Of a DNA stretch of 64,000 nucleotides, positions 43,876 through 54,386 are shown one piece after another; position 1 is the first letter of the stretch; each line of letters opens with the position of its first letter. Under the pieces are notes generated by a model, which saw only the letters and a program-made list of their open reading frames with translations, ran no database searches and was not told the origin of the DNA. Made by a program: the position numbers and the translations under genes. The stretch is from Hyphomicrobiales bacterium (lineage in GTDB: Bacteria; Pseudomonadota; Alphaproteobacteria; Rhizobiales; JAJFHC01). Where the stretch lies: assembly GCA_965198845.1 (NCBI GenBank), contig CBDAQD010000001.1, positions 20,733 to 84,732 on the forward strand, given 5' to 3'.

Positions 43876-44658
43876 ATGGACCAGCACGCCGCAGCAAAGA
43901 CAAGCGCGCAGACGGTTGCGGCCGCTGCGATCGCCGTGGAAGGCCTGCGCAAGACCTATGGCCCGGTCGTTGCCGTGGACCAACTCGATTTCGCCATCTC
44001 CAGGGGTGAGACGACAGGTCTGCTGGGCGGCAACGGCGCCGGAAAGACAACGACGATCGCCATGCTGCTCGGCCTGGTGGAGCCCACTTCCGGGCGGATC
44101 GAAATCCTGGGCTACGATATGGCACGGGACCGTCACCGCGTTGCACCGACCCTCAACTTCGAAAGCCCCTATGTGGACATGCCGTTGCGCCTGACCGTGC
44201 GACAGAACCTGACGATCTACGGCAGACTCTACAGCGTGCGCGAACTCGAGAGCCGGATCGGCACCATTGCCGAAGACCTGAATCTCACCGAATTCCTCGA
44301 CAGGGCGACCGGAAAACTGTCGGCCGGGCAGAAAACCAGGGTCGGCCTCGCCAAGGCACTGATCAACCGGCCTCAGATTCTGCTGCTCGACGAGCCAACC
44401 GCCTCGCTCGATCCCGACACTGCGGACTGGGTTCGCGGGCATCTGGAAGACTACCGCCGGGAAACCGGCGCGACACTTCTGCTTGCCTCGCACAACATGG
44501 CCGAAGTCGAACGGTTGTGCGGACGGGTCCTCATGATGAAGGGAGGCCGGATCGTGGACGACGGCAGCCCCGCCTCGCTGATCGAACGTTACGGGCGCAG
44601 CACGATGGAGCAAGTGTTTCTGGACGTCGCACGCGGCACGGATCGGGCTGTATCATGA
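43876..44658 (+). CDS. ABC transporter ATP-binding protein (ABC-2 type)
   Basis: Start MDQHAAAKTS. Walker A GGNGAGKTT, signature LSAGQKTR, Walker B LLLDEPT. Confidence 0.9.
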   Translation: MDQHAAAKTSAQTVAAAAIAVEGLRKTYGPVVAVDQLDFAISRGETTGLLGGNGAGKTTTIAMLLGLVEPTSGRIEILGYDMARDRHRVAPTLNFESPYVDMPLRLTVRQNLTIYGRLYSVRELESRIGTIAEDLNLTEFLDRATGKLSAGQKTRVGLAKALINRPQILLLDEPTASLDPDTADWVRGHLEDYRRETGATLLLASHNMAEVERLCGRVLMMKGGRIVDDGSPASLIERYGRSTMEQVFLDVARGTDRAVS

Positions 44659-45494
44659 GTGCCCGGCGTGAAGATTCCGGTGAGATGGATGCCGCCGCGG
44701 CATTTTCGGGCGCGCGCATTTCCGCTCTGGTGCTGCGATACTGGTATCTGCTCAAAGGTTCATGGCCGCGGCTGCTCGAACTGGTGTACTGGCCGTCCGT
44801 CCAGCTCATGATGTGGGGTTTTCTCCAGCTCTATCTCGCCGAAACGTCCAGCTTCTTCGCCACCGCCGGCGGCGTCCTGATCGGTGCGGTCATGCTGTGG
44901 GACATCCTGTTCCGGGGCCAGATGGGGTTCTCCATATCCTTCCTGGAGGAGATGTGGTCACGCAATCTCGGTCACCTGATGGCCAGCCCTCTCAGGCCGA
45001 TCGAGTTCGTTGCCGCACTGATGGTGATGAGCATCGTACGCGTTCTGATCGGCCTTCTGCCCGTGACCCTGCTTGCGATCGGATTTTTCGGTTTCAACGT
45101 CTACGAAATGGGCCTGATGCTGGTTGCGTTCTTTCTCAACCTCATCCTGACAAGCTGGGCGATCGGCCTAGTGGTTTGCGGCATTGTGCTGCGCCAGGGT
45201 CTGGGCGCCGAAAGCCTGGCCTGGAGCCTTATCTTCGTCCTGCTGCCCCTGTGCTGCGTCTACTATCCGGCCGAGACGCTGCCGGCCTGGCTGCAGGCGA
45301 TCGCGTATCTGCTGGCGCCGACCTACGTCTTCGAGGGCATGCGCGCACTTCTGATCGAAAACCAGATCAGGCTCGACCTCATGCTTTCCGCTTTCGTCAT
45401 CAACATTGTATATTTCGGTTTCGGTCTGGTCGCGTTTTACGCGTTCTTCCGCGCGGCGAGACGAAACGGATCGATTCTTCAGATCGGCGAATGA
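44655..45494 (+). CDS. ABC-2 transporter permease
   Basis: ATG overlaps the upstream stop (ATGA). Six predicted TM helices. Confidence 0.85.
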   Translation: MSARREDSGEMDAAAAFSGARISALVLRYWYLLKGSWPRLLELVYWPSVQLMMWGFLQLYLAETSSFFATAGGVLIGAVMLWDILFRGQMGFSISFLEEMWSRNLGHLMASPLRPIEFVAALMVMSIVRVLIGLLPVTLLAIGFFGFNVYEMGLMLVAFFLNLILTSWAIGLVVCGIVLRQGLGAESLAWSLIFVLLPLCCVYYPAETLPAWLQAIAYLLAPTYVFEGMRALLIENQIRLDLMLSAFVINIVYFGFGLVAFYAFFRAARRNGSILQIGE

Positions 45495-45575
45495 ACTGCG
45501 GACGAATTTCAATCTATACGTGTTATCTTCATAAGATTGTACTTGCAACGCGTAGAGTAAAACGCCACTCTTTGC

Positions 45576-46832
45576 TTGTGTCTGCGGCGGGGTAGAAACA
45601 AAAAGAGGGGCAAGACACCACCGGTGACACGCACACTTCAGCAAGACTCGGCGCCCACGCAGTGGATCGCGCCCGCAATACTAGTGTCTTGCACGGCCGT
45701 CAGCATTCTCTCAACCGATCTCTACGTCCCGAGCCTTCCGCATCTCGAAAGCCTGCTCAATACGGACGAGGCGACGGTGAAGCTCACCATGAGCCTCAAT
45801 CTGTTCGCCTATGCCATTGCGCACCTGGCGCACGGACCAATCGCGGACAGGTTCGGCCGGAAACGGCTTCTGACCGTCGCCCTGTGCGGCTTCCTTGTCG
45901 CGACGATCGGTTGCGCACTGGCCCTCAATGTCAGCCAGCTGATTGCCGGCCGTTTCGCCCAGGGCCTGTTCAGCAGCGTGCCCTCGGTCGTGGTCGTGCT
46001 GATGATCAGGGAGCTTTTCAAGGGCGACAGGGCGGTCGGCATCATGGCGATCCACGGCATGGCCGTCGGCTTTTTCCCGGCGGTGGGACCGCTGATCGGC
46101 GGTTACATCTTCCTTGTCGCCGGATGGCGCATGAACTTCTTCGTGCTCGCCGCGCTCGCCGCGGTGGTGCTGATCGCCGTGATCCGGCATCTGCCCGAAA
46201 CCGGTACGCGCGTCACAACAGCACTTGAGCCAAAGCGCATCGCCACGGGATATCTCAGTCTGCTGCGCGAGCGGGGCTATCTGCGCTACCTGATTCCGCT
46301 GACGGCCATTTTTGGCGGATTCTTTGCCTTCGTGACCGACGGCACGTTCGTGCTGATCGGGCAGCTCGACGTGCCGACGCAGTATTACGGGTTCGCCTAC
46401 GGCGCCCTTATCCTGTGCTACATCCTCGGCAGTCTGACCGCCAACCGGCTTGCAGAACGCGTGTCCGCAGACCGTCTGGTTCAGGCGGCCATGTTCTACA
46501 CGCTCCTGGGTTCGCTGGTCCTGTTCGTGCCCGTGCTGCAGGGGAAACAGGACCTGATCATCATCATGATCGGCATGGGCATGTTCTTCGTCGGACTGGG
46601 CCTGATCCTTGCCAGCGGGCCAATCTGCCTGCTCGATGCGGCCGACGCCGACCGGCAAGGCCCGGCATCCGCCCTCATGGGCTCGCTGCAGATGGGCGCG
46701 GCGAGCCTCGCGGCACTTGCCGTCGGCGTGCTTCACAACGAAACCGCCCTTCCCATGACGGCCGTCATCCTGTCGTGTTCGGTGATCGCCGTACTCGGTT
46801 ACGTCGGTCTCAAGCCGAGGCATGCGGCATAA
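45576..46832 (+). CDS. MFS transporter (Bcr/CflA drug-resistance subfamily)
   Basis: 12-TM pattern with LSTDLYVPSLP and GPIADRFGRKR motifs. The start is uncertain (ATG 45576 or GTG 45624). Confidence 0.8.
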   Translation: MCLRRGRNKKRGKTPPVTRTLQQDSAPTQWIAPAILVSCTAVSILSTDLYVPSLPHLESLLNTDEATVKLTMSLNLFAYAIAHLAHGPIADRFGRKRLLTVALCGFLVATIGCALALNVSQLIAGRFAQGLFSSVPSVVVVLMIRELFKGDRAVGIMAIHGMAVGFFPAVGPLIGGYIFLVAGWRMNFFVLAALAAVVLIAVIRHLPETGTRVTTALEPKRIATGYLSLLRERGYLRYLIPLTAIFGGFFAFVTDGTFVLIGQLDVPTQYYGFAYGALILCYILGSLTANRLAERVSADRLVQAAMFYTLLGSLVLFVPVLQGKQDLIIIMIGMGMFFVGLGLILASGPICLLDAADADRQGPASALMGSLQMGAASLAALAVGVLHNETALPMTAVILSCSVIAVLGYVGLKPRHAA

Positions 46833-46875
46833 CGGCGCTTGGACTTTGACGATCCGAGCGGCCATTGTTTGCGCC

Positions 46876-47499
46876 ATGAAGAGAATACATGTTGCAGCAA
46901 TCGCACTGCTGGGCCTGGCCGCCGGAATTCTCGTGGCCATCGCCCTGCACCAGGCAAATCCCGGCGGCGTCGCCGTCTCGGGCGTGGGCAAATCAACGGG
47001 CACGGCCAGCGTCGGCGGTCCGTTCAGCCTCACCGACCATACGGGCAAGCGGGTCAGCGACCAGGACTATACCGGCAAGTTCCTGCTGGTCTTTTTCGGC
47101 TTCACCCACTGCCCGGATGTCTGCCCGACCGAGCTCCAGGTGATCAGCGCGGCCCTCGACAAACTTGGCGACAAGGCAAACGCCATCCAGCCGCTATTCA
47201 TCACTATTGACCCGGAACGCGATAATGCCGACGTGCTCGCGGAGTACATGTCCAACTTCCACAACAGCATCAAAGGACTGACCGGAACGCCCGAAGAGAT
47301 TGCCAGTGTTGCAAAAAAGTACCATGTCTACTACCGAAAGGTTGAAGACAAGGATGCCATCGACAACTACACGATGGACCACACGGCACTTGTCTATCTG
47401 ATGGATAAGTCCGGGAAATTCCTCACTCATTTCGCCTTCGGAACGAAATTCGAGGATATGGCGGGCCGGCTTGAAACCGAGGTCGACAAGACCTCTTAA
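46876..47499 (+). CDS. SCO/SenC-family copper chaperone (thioredoxin fold)
   Basis: Start MKRIHVAAIALLGLAAG. FGFTHCPDVCPTEL CxxxC motif and a distal DHT motif. Confidence 0.9.
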   Translation: MKRIHVAAIALLGLAAGILVAIALHQANPGGVAVSGVGKSTGTASVGGPFSLTDHTGKRVSDQDYTGKFLLVFFGFTHCPDVCPTELQVISAALDKLGDKANAIQPLFITIDPERDNADVLAEYMSNFHNSIKGLTGTPEEIASVAKKYHVYYRKVEDKDAIDNYTMDHTALVYLMDKSGKFLTHFAFGTKFEDMAGRLETEVDKTS

Positions 47500-47545
47500 G
47501 CGTTTGTTCGTCTGCTAATGGTCTAATTGCCCCGACTCTGACGCC

Positions 47546-48895
47546 TTGTTACCATCTTCCGCATTGCAACATCTTGTTGCAGTGGCGAAACAATGGGTGG
47601 GCACAGCTTTGCTGTATTATTTTTACGAGTTGAATCACGCGGCGATGGCGCCGGTCCGTGCGGCAGCGGACCTGGGGCGGCTCTATTTCCGCAATCCGGT
47701 CAATCCGATCTCCCAGACAACCTGGGGCAAGAGCATGGCGGCGAGCTTCGAAGTGTTCGAACGCGTCACCCGCCGTTACGGCAAACCGGAATTCGGCATT
47801 TCCGAGACCACCGTCGACGGCGTCCGCGTCAAGGTCGATGAGCAGGTGGTCTGGAGCAAACCGTTCTGCAACCTGCTCCATTTCTCGCGCGCCATCACGC
47901 AGCGCAAGCACACGGATCCCAAACTTCTCATCGTCGCGCCGATGTCGGGACACTATGCGACCCTTCTCCGCGGCACGGTCGAGACCATGCTGCCGAACCA
48001 CGAAGTCTATATCACCGACTGGGTGGACGCCCGCTGCGTACCGGTCGCGGAAGGCAGCTTCGATCTCGACGATTATGTCGATTACCTGATCGAGATGCTG
48101 CACGTTCTGGGCCCCGACACGCATATCATGGCGGTGTGCCAGCCTTCGGTGCCGGTCCTCAGCGCCGTCTCCGTCATGGAGGCCACGAAGGACCCGATGG
48201 CGCCGGCCAGCATGACCCTGATGGGCGGGCCGATCGATACCCGGCGCAACCCGACGGTCGTGAACAATCTGGCGGTGGAGCGCGGTGTCGACTGGTTCGC
48301 ACACAACGTCATCGTGAAGGTGCCGTTCCCGCATGCCGGCATGATGCGCAGTGTCTACCCGGGCTTCCTGCAGCTCACCGGCTTCATGTCCATGAACCTC
48401 GACCGGCACATGAACGCCCACAAGGAACTGTTCATGCACCTGATCGAGGGCGATGGCGATTCGGCCGAGAAACACACCGAGTTCTACGACGAGTACCTGT
48501 CGGTCATGGACCTCACGGCCGAGTTCTATCTGCAGACCGTCGACGAAGTCTTCATCAAGCATGCCCTTCCCGAAGGTACGATGACCCACCGGGGCCAGCC
48601 GGTCGATCCGGCCGCCATCACCAAGACCGCCCTGCTGACGGTCGAGGGAGAAAAGGACGACATTTCGGGTGTCGGACAGACCGAAGCCGCGCACGACCTC
48701 TGTATCAATATCCCCGAAGCGAAAAAGGCGCACTACCTGCAGCCGGGCGTGGGGCATTACGGCGTCTTCAACGGTGCCCGGTTCCGCTCCGAGATCGCAC
48801 CGCGGATCTCGGACTTCATCCGTTCCAACCGCCAGCGCGAATCGGCGGTCAAACGGGTGGCCAACAAGGTGAGGCGCCGCAAGCTCGCGTCGTGA
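47546..48895 (+). CDS. phaZ: Intracellular polyhydroxyalkanoate depolymerase
   Basis: YYFYELNHAAMAPVRAAADL N-terminus typical of PhaZ. The true start is probably TTG 47609 (MLYYFYELNH). Confidence 0.85.
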   Translation: MLPSSALQHLVAVAKQWVGTALLYYFYELNHAAMAPVRAAADLGRLYFRNPVNPISQTTWGKSMAASFEVFERVTRRYGKPEFGISETTVDGVRVKVDEQVVWSKPFCNLLHFSRAITQRKHTDPKLLIVAPMSGHYATLLRGTVETMLPNHEVYITDWVDARCVPVAEGSFDLDDYVDYLIEMLHVLGPDTHIMAVCQPSVPVLSAVSVMEATKDPMAPASMTLMGGPIDTRRNPTVVNNLAVERGVDWFAHNVIVKVPFPHAGMMRSVYPGFLQLTGFMSMNLDRHMNAHKELFMHLIEGDGDSAEKHTEFYDEYLSVMDLTAEFYLQTVDEVFIKHALPEGTMTHRGQPVDPAAITKTALLTVEGEKDDISGVGQTEAAHDLCINIPEAKKAHYLQPGVGHYGVFNGARFRSEIAPRISDFIRSNRQRESAVKRVANKVRRRKLAS

Positions 48896-49022
48896 TACCG
48901 CCGGCCTCTGTCCGGACACAACATTTTCACGCCGTCGTGGCATGATGACCGCGATGCCGCACTGATTCGCAGAAGCACCTGCGCGGCGACCCGTTTCAAC
49001 GTCCGCCGGATCTGCGTGCACC

Positions 49023-49793
49023 ATGGCCCTTGCAGGACTCTTCAGCAAAGACAAACGCGCCCGGCATCCGGGCGATGCGGAACTGCATGAAATCGAGATC
49101 GGCGGCCGGCTCGTTTCAGTGACCCTGAAACCCAACGCGAGGGCACGCCGGTTCATTCTGCGCATGGAGAAATCAGGCTCGGGCGCCCGTGTGACCATGC
49201 CCTCCAGCGCCAGCGCGCGTGACGCGCTCGACTTCGTCAGACGCCACAGCGACTGGATCGCGGACCGGATCGGGGCCATGCCGGCGCCGGTGCCGTTCGC
49301 CCCGGACGCCTTAGTGCCCCTGCGCGGAATCGAGCACAGGATCGCGCATGTGCCCGGGCGACGCGGAACGGTCAGCGTCGCGGATGCGGACCAGGGCCGC
49401 ACCCCCGAACTCCATGTCGCCGGCGGCGAAGAGCACATAGCCCGCAGGTTGAAGGACTGGCTGAAGCGCGAGGCGAAACGCGACCTCAACGCAGCCGTGG
49501 AGCGCTATGCGGCGCTTCTTGATGTCCGGCATGGCCGGATCAGCCTGCGCGACCAGTCTTCACGCTGGGGCTCGTGCTCGTCCAACGGCACGCTGTCGTT
49601 TTCCTGGCGGCTGATCCTGGCGCCATCGGAGATCCTTGACTATGTCGCGGCCCACGAGGTGGCGCACCTGATCGAGATGAACCACAGCCCGGCCTTCTGG
49701 GCGCATGTCAAACGGGTGTGCCCGCATACACAGGCGTCCAAGCGCTGGCTCAAGGCCAACGGCGCCGGTCTGCACCGCTACGGTGCTGACTGA
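49023..49793 (+). CDS. YgjP-like M48/SprT-family metal-dependent hydrolase (DUF45)
   Basis: 256 aa with VAAHEVAHLIEMNHSPAFW. Confidence 0.85.
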   Translation: MALAGLFSKDKRARHPGDAELHEIEIGGRLVSVTLKPNARARRFILRMEKSGSGARVTMPSSASARDALDFVRRHSDWIADRIGAMPAPVPFAPDALVPLRGIEHRIAHVPGRRGTVSVADADQGRTPELHVAGGEEHIARRLKDWLKREAKRDLNAAVERYAALLDVRHGRISLRDQSSRWGSCSSNGTLSFSWRLILAPSEILDYVAAHEVAHLIEMNHSPAFWAHVKRVCPHTQASKRWLKANGAGLHRYGAD

Positions 49794-49799
49794 AGGCGG

Positions 49800-51647
49800 C
49801 TACGACGCCTTTTCCAGGCTATCGAGTCCCAGGAACCCGCCGGACTGGCGTTCCCACAACCGTGCGTATAGGCCGCCGTGCCGGATCAGTTCGGCGTGGG
49901 TGCCCTGCTCGACAATCCGGCCCCCGTCCATGACCACCAACCGGTCAAGCGCCGCGATGGTCGACAGGCGATGGGCGATAGCGATCACCGTCTTGCCCGC
50001 CATGAGATTCTGAAGCTGTTCCTGGATCGCCGCCTCGACTTCGGAGTCGAGGGCCGACGTTGCCTCGTCGAGCACCAGGATCGGAGCGTTCTTGAGGATC
50101 ACCCGGGCAATGGCGATGCGCTGGCGCTGTCCGCCGGAGAGCTTGACGCCGCGTTCGCCGACATGGGCGTCGTAGCCCGTGCGGCCCTGCGGGTCCGTCA
50201 GGTCGGGGATGAACTGGGCGGCCTCGGCAAGCTCGGCGGCCCGCATCATGTCCTCGTCGGTGGCATCGGGACGGCCGTAGCAGATATTGTCCCTGATCGA
50301 ACGATGCAGCAGCGACGTGTCCTGGGTCACCATGGCGATCTTGCTCCGGAGGCTCGCCTGCCGGACGTCGGCGATGTCCTGGCCGTCGATCAGGATGCGC
50401 CCGCCCTCCAGGTCGTAGAACCGCAACAGAAGATTGACGAGCGTGGACTTGCCGGCACCGGACGGGCCAACCAGGCCGACCTTCTCGCCCGGCGCGATGT
50501 CGAGGGTCAGGTCGTCGATGACACCGTCCGCCTTGCCGTAGTGAAAGCGCACATGGTCGAATGTGAGGGCACCCCGATCGACCTTCAGCGCTTCCGCCTT
50601 CGTCCTGTCCTTCACCGCGTAAGGCTGGGAGATGGTCTCGATTCCGTTTTCGACCATGCCGATATTTTCGAACAGGATCGTGATCGTGCGCAGAATCCAG
50701 CCGGACATCTGGGTCAGCCGGATGACCAGACCGTTGGCGACCGCGATCGCTCCGACCGACAGTGTGCCCTGGAGCCAGAACGCGATCGAGGTCGCGGCCA
50801 CGGCCAGAATGAGCAGGCTGTTGAGCACGGTCAGGGCAACCGTCATGGTGAAGATCGACCGCATGAGCATCTGGAACGCGTGGGTATGGCGCGCGATGCC
50901 CTCGCGGGCAAATTCATCCTCGTGCTTTGCGTGGGCGAAAAGCTTGACCGCCTGAATGTTGGTGTAGCTGTCGACGATGCGGCCGGACAGGGCGGATGTC
51001 ATTTCCGAGGTGTGCGCGGACCGGCCGCGCACGGGCGGCACCATGAAGGCGATGACTGTGCCGTAGGCCGCGGTCCAGGCGACGATGGGAAGGATGAGCC
51101 GCCAGTCGAGGGCGGCAAACAGGGCGACCGTGCCGATGAGGTAGATGACCAAGAGCCAGACGCCGTCGATAACGTTGAGTACGGCCTCGCGCACCGCATG
51201 GCCGGTCTGCATGACCTTCTGCGCAATGCGTCCGGCAAAATCGTTCTGGAAATAGGCGAGGCTCTGGCGCAGCACGTAGCGATGGTTCCGCCAGCGCACC
51301 TGGCTGGTGAGACCGGGCACAAGCGCAAGCGAGATCAGGCCGCGGGAGAACAGGACGGCGACCGGGCGGATGATGATACCGATGATGCCCATGATGATCA
51401 GGGCCGTGCCGTATGTCTCGAGAAACACCGACCGGTCGGTCACCGTCATCCATTCGACAAGCAGCCCGAGGAAGGCATAGAGCGACATTTCCGCGACCGC
51501 GGCGATGCCGGATACCGCGAGAATCGCGACAAGCAGTCCGCGGATTGGATGCAGGAAATGGCGGAAGAATGCCGCTGTCGCCGTTGGCGGACGTTCGACA
51601 GAGTCCGACGCGAACGGATCGAACAGGCGTTCGAAATATGCGAACAT
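49800..51647 (-). CDS. ABC transporter, fused permease/ATPase (MsbA-like exporter)
   Basis: Start MFAYFERLFDPFA. Six TM helices, then GPSGAGKST, LSGGQRQRIAIAR and LVLDEATSALD. Confidence 0.9.
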   Translation of the reverse strand: MFAYFERLFDPFASDSVERPPTATAAFFRHFLHPIRGLLVAILAVSGIAAVAEMSLYAFLGLLVEWMTVTDRSVFLETYGTALIIMGIIGIIIRPVAVLFSRGLISLALVPGLTSQVRWRNHRYVLRQSLAYFQNDFAGRIAQKVMQTGHAVREAVLNVIDGVWLLVIYLIGTVALFAALDWRLILPIVAWTAAYGTVIAFMVPPVRGRSAHTSEMTSALSGRIVDSYTNIQAVKLFAHAKHEDEFAREGIARHTHAFQMLMRSIFTMTVALTVLNSLLILAVAATSIAFWLQGTLSVGAIAVANGLVIRLTQMSGWILRTITILFENIGMVENGIETISQPYAVKDRTKAEALKVDRGALTFDHVRFHYGKADGVIDDLTLDIAPGEKVGLVGPSGAGKSTLVNLLLRFYDLEGGRILIDGQDIADVRQASLRSKIAMVTQDTSLLHRSIRDNICYGRPDATDEDMMRAAELAEAAQFIPDLTDPQGRTGYDAHVGERGVKLSGGQRQRIAIARVILKNAPILVLDEATSALDSEVEAAIQEQLQNLMAGKTVIAIAHRLSTIAALDRLVVMDGGRIVEQGTHAELIRHGGLYARLWERQSGGFLGLDSLEKAS

Positions 51648-51787
51648 GACTGGCTTTCTGTTTCGAGGACCGGTTGGGAAAAATGCGGCGTACGTGCAAC
51701 TTACACCGCCCGAGACCGTTACTATCACTATGTAGTGGATTCTCCTGTTTTGGGAAGCGCACGGCAAGACGCTGACAGGACACTGAC

Positions 51788-52984
51788 ATGGACCGGTTCT
51801 ACAACGACCTCGCCCCGTTCGACGTGTTCGGCGAATTCGCCGAACTCGGCGCCTATGAATCGGTGCCCGATGACTGGCACGTGATGATCGCCGATATCCG
51901 GGGTTCGACAAAGGCGATCGAGGCGGGCCGCTACAAGGACGTCAACATGGTGGGCGCCGCCGCGATCACGGCGGTCCTGAACGTATGCGGCGATGTCGAG
52001 GTTCCGTTCGTGTTCGGCGGCGACGGCGGCACGGTGCTCGTCCCCGCCTCCCTGCGCGACGCAGCGGCAGATGCGCTCATGCGCCTTCAGGGTCTTTCGA
52101 AATCCACATTCGGTCTTGAACTCAGGACGGGAACGGTGCCCGTGGCGGATGTGCGCGAGAAAGGCAGCGACATCCGTATCCGCAAGTTCCGGCTCAGTCC
52201 GGGCAACTACCTCGCCATGTTCACCGGCGGCGGCATGGAGATGGCCGACGCCCTGCTCAAGGGGGAACCGCCGGACCCGCGCTACGTCTCGCCCGCGCCC
52301 GACAATCCGCCGGAACCCGATCTCGAAGGCCTGTCGTGCCGGTGGGAGCCGCTCACGCCGCGCGGCGGAACCATCCTGACACTGATGGTACGGGGCGTGG
52401 AACCCGATGCGAACGCGGAATCCGCAGTACTGCAAGAAACGGTGGCGAGGCTTCGGGACATACTGGGGGAGAGCCCGCGCAACGCCGCACCGGCAAACGA
52501 GCATTCGATGCGGTTCCGGTGGCCGCCGCGCGGCCTCGGTCTCGAGGCCAGGGCAACCGCAGCCGGGCGCAGTATCGCACGCCGCTATATGGAGATCTGG
52601 GTGCAGTCGTTCCTGCAATGGATCTGCGAGCGCTTCGACGTCAAGATGGGGGACTACGACGCGCCGGTGTACCGGGAGGAACTGCGCTCCAACACCGACT
52701 TCCGCAAATATGACGACACCCTGCGCATGGTCCTCGACGTGACGGCTGATCAGGCGGACGCGATCGAACAGCATCTTGAGGCCGAGTACGCTGCGGGGCG
52801 GCTGCTCTACGGCACGCACAGGGCCGGCGCGGCGCTCATGACCTGCCTCGTTTTCAGCATCGCCCAGGGCGAGCACGTGCACTTCATCGACGGGGCCGAC
52901 GGCGGGTTTGCCCGTGCCGCGACGGGTTTCAAGAAACGCAGCGCCGCACTGCAGGCCACGGGCGTCCCAGCCACGCACTCGTGA
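51788..52984 (+). CDS. DUF3095-family protein (cyclase-like fold)
   Basis: 398 aa with IADIRGSTKAIEAGRYKDVNMVGAA and FVFGGDGGTVLVP, characteristic of the family. Confidence 0.7.
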   Translation: MDRFYNDLAPFDVFGEFAELGAYESVPDDWHVMIADIRGSTKAIEAGRYKDVNMVGAAAITAVLNVCGDVEVPFVFGGDGGTVLVPASLRDAAADALMRLQGLSKSTFGLELRTGTVPVADVREKGSDIRIRKFRLSPGNYLAMFTGGGMEMADALLKGEPPDPRYVSPAPDNPPEPDLEGLSCRWEPLTPRGGTILTLMVRGVEPDANAESAVLQETVARLRDILGESPRNAAPANEHSMRFRWPPRGLGLEARATAAGRSIARRYMEIWVQSFLQWICERFDVKMGDYDAPVYREELRSNTDFRKYDDTLRMVLDVTADQADAIEQHLEAEYAAGRLLYGTHRAGAALMTCLVFSIAQGEHVHFIDGADGGFARAATGFKKRSAALQATGVPATHS

Positions 52985-53068
52985 ACCTTTTCCGCCGCCG
53001 CCGCGACCAACAGGTCAAAGCGCCCTTTTTTCCGGCGCGTTGTTCTGGTGGGAACACAGGTGGAAACC

Positions 53069-54310
53069 ATGTCTTACACACGCCCGATCATTCTGAGCCT
53101 CCTGGCAGGCTGCGGCCTGATGGCCATGAGCACCGCCGCCTCCGCTGCAGAGACCGATGCCAACTTCTCGAAATACTGCCGCAGCGCCTTTTCGAACAGC
53201 ATGTACCAGCAGCGCGCCCAGGCCTGGGGCATCGAGCACTATTGCCGGCAGGGCAGTACGCTGCAGGGCATCGATTTTGGCGAAGCCTGCCGCATGACGA
53301 CCGGCAGCCGCGTATTTCGCCAGTCCGGTTCACGCGTGCTGTGCGAGGGAGAGCCGAAAGCCGAGACCGCCGATGCGGCGACGCCGCTCGATCTGGTGAA
53401 GTACTGCCCGGCGGAGTTTCCGGGCAGCTCGTACCAGAAGCGGATGGAGAGCACCGGTCCGGTACATTACTGCCGCATTCCGGGCGCCAGCGGCGGGTTC
53501 GTGCTGCTCAACATCGATCTCGCCGGAGCCTGCCGGGCGGCTGCGGGCAAGACCGAATACCGCAACACGCCGGCCGGCGTTGTCTGCGAAGGACCTGATG
53601 TGGCGGAGAAAAAATCGAAGACAAAGAGCGTGTTCGTGATCCCCAGGCCGAATCCGGTTTCACGCAATCCCGACCCGAACGCGCCCTTCAGTCAGGACGG
53701 CGCCGGACCGGCGCCCGATCAGAATTCCGGCGACAGCTCGACCGGCACGCCGGACGACAAGCCGGAGACCCGCGGCAATGGCAAGATCTCCGGCCTGTGG
53801 ACCATGACCGCCGGCGTGCTCACGGGCATGACAGTCAATGTCTCCACCGCCGGGCCGTCGGTGAAGATCACGATTGCCAAGCTGCCCAGCGAGACGGCGC
53901 GCACTGCAAAGGTCAAATACGGTCTGAAGCGCGGTGACCTAATCGCCATCGGTTCTCTCAACCGCAAGACCCTCAAGCTGACAACACGGCTTGGCGTCGT
54001 CGGGCCCAAGGCCGAAGTGAAGCGGGCCTGCGGCAATCGCGTCGATCATGCGCGCTGGAACACCGAGCGCTGGCTGCCGGTCTTCGATCTCGATCTCACG
54101 GCAGACCGGATCGCCGGCCGCCACCGCGGCACCGAGATGCTCTATCTGGCGGGCGGGTGCATCGTGAACCACGCGCCGTTCGGCGCGCTGCCGCCGCAGG
54201 CCAATCAGTTCTTCGCCAAGTTCGGAGGCACGCCGACCGAGCGGTTCCGGCTGGATCCGGCGCATCTGCGCAGCGGAGCGGTGACATTCGAGTTGGCCCG
54301 CGTGAAGTGA
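53069..54310 (+). CDS. Secreted hypothetical protein with two tandem 4-Cys modules
   Basis: Signal peptide MSYTRPIILSLLAGCGLMAMSTAASA. There are two roughly 70-aa repeats (KYC...HYC...AC...CEG), a Pro-rich linker and a roughly 190-aa C-terminal domain. Confidence 0.7.
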   Translation: MSYTRPIILSLLAGCGLMAMSTAASAAETDANFSKYCRSAFSNSMYQQRAQAWGIEHYCRQGSTLQGIDFGEACRMTTGSRVFRQSGSRVLCEGEPKAETADAATPLDLVKYCPAEFPGSSYQKRMESTGPVHYCRIPGASGGFVLLNIDLAGACRAAAGKTEYRNTPAGVVCEGPDVAEKKSKTKSVFVIPRPNPVSRNPDPNAPFSQDGAGPAPDQNSGDSSTGTPDDKPETRGNGKISGLWTMTAGVLTGMTVNVSTAGPSVKITIAKLPSETARTAKVKYGLKRGDLIAIGSLNRKTLKLTTRLGVVGPKAEVKRACGNRVDHARWNTERWLPVFDLDLTADRIAGRHRGTEMLYLAGGCIVNHAPFGALPPQANQFFAKFGGTPTERFRLDPAHLRSGAVTFELARVK

Positions 54311-54386
54311 CGCAGCGGCTGGACGCCGTCGCGAGAGTTACGATACCTTCCGTCCGCATTGAACATGAACGGAATGGGGCGCGGCC

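Noticed and set aside
47549-49489. 646-aa minus-strand ORF
   Set aside because: It is antisense to phaZ and the YgjP-like gene. It has no motifs and shadow-frame composition.
49878-51884. 668-aa plus-strand ORF
   Set aside because: It is antisense to the fused ABC exporter, which carries Walker A, Walker B and signature motifs.
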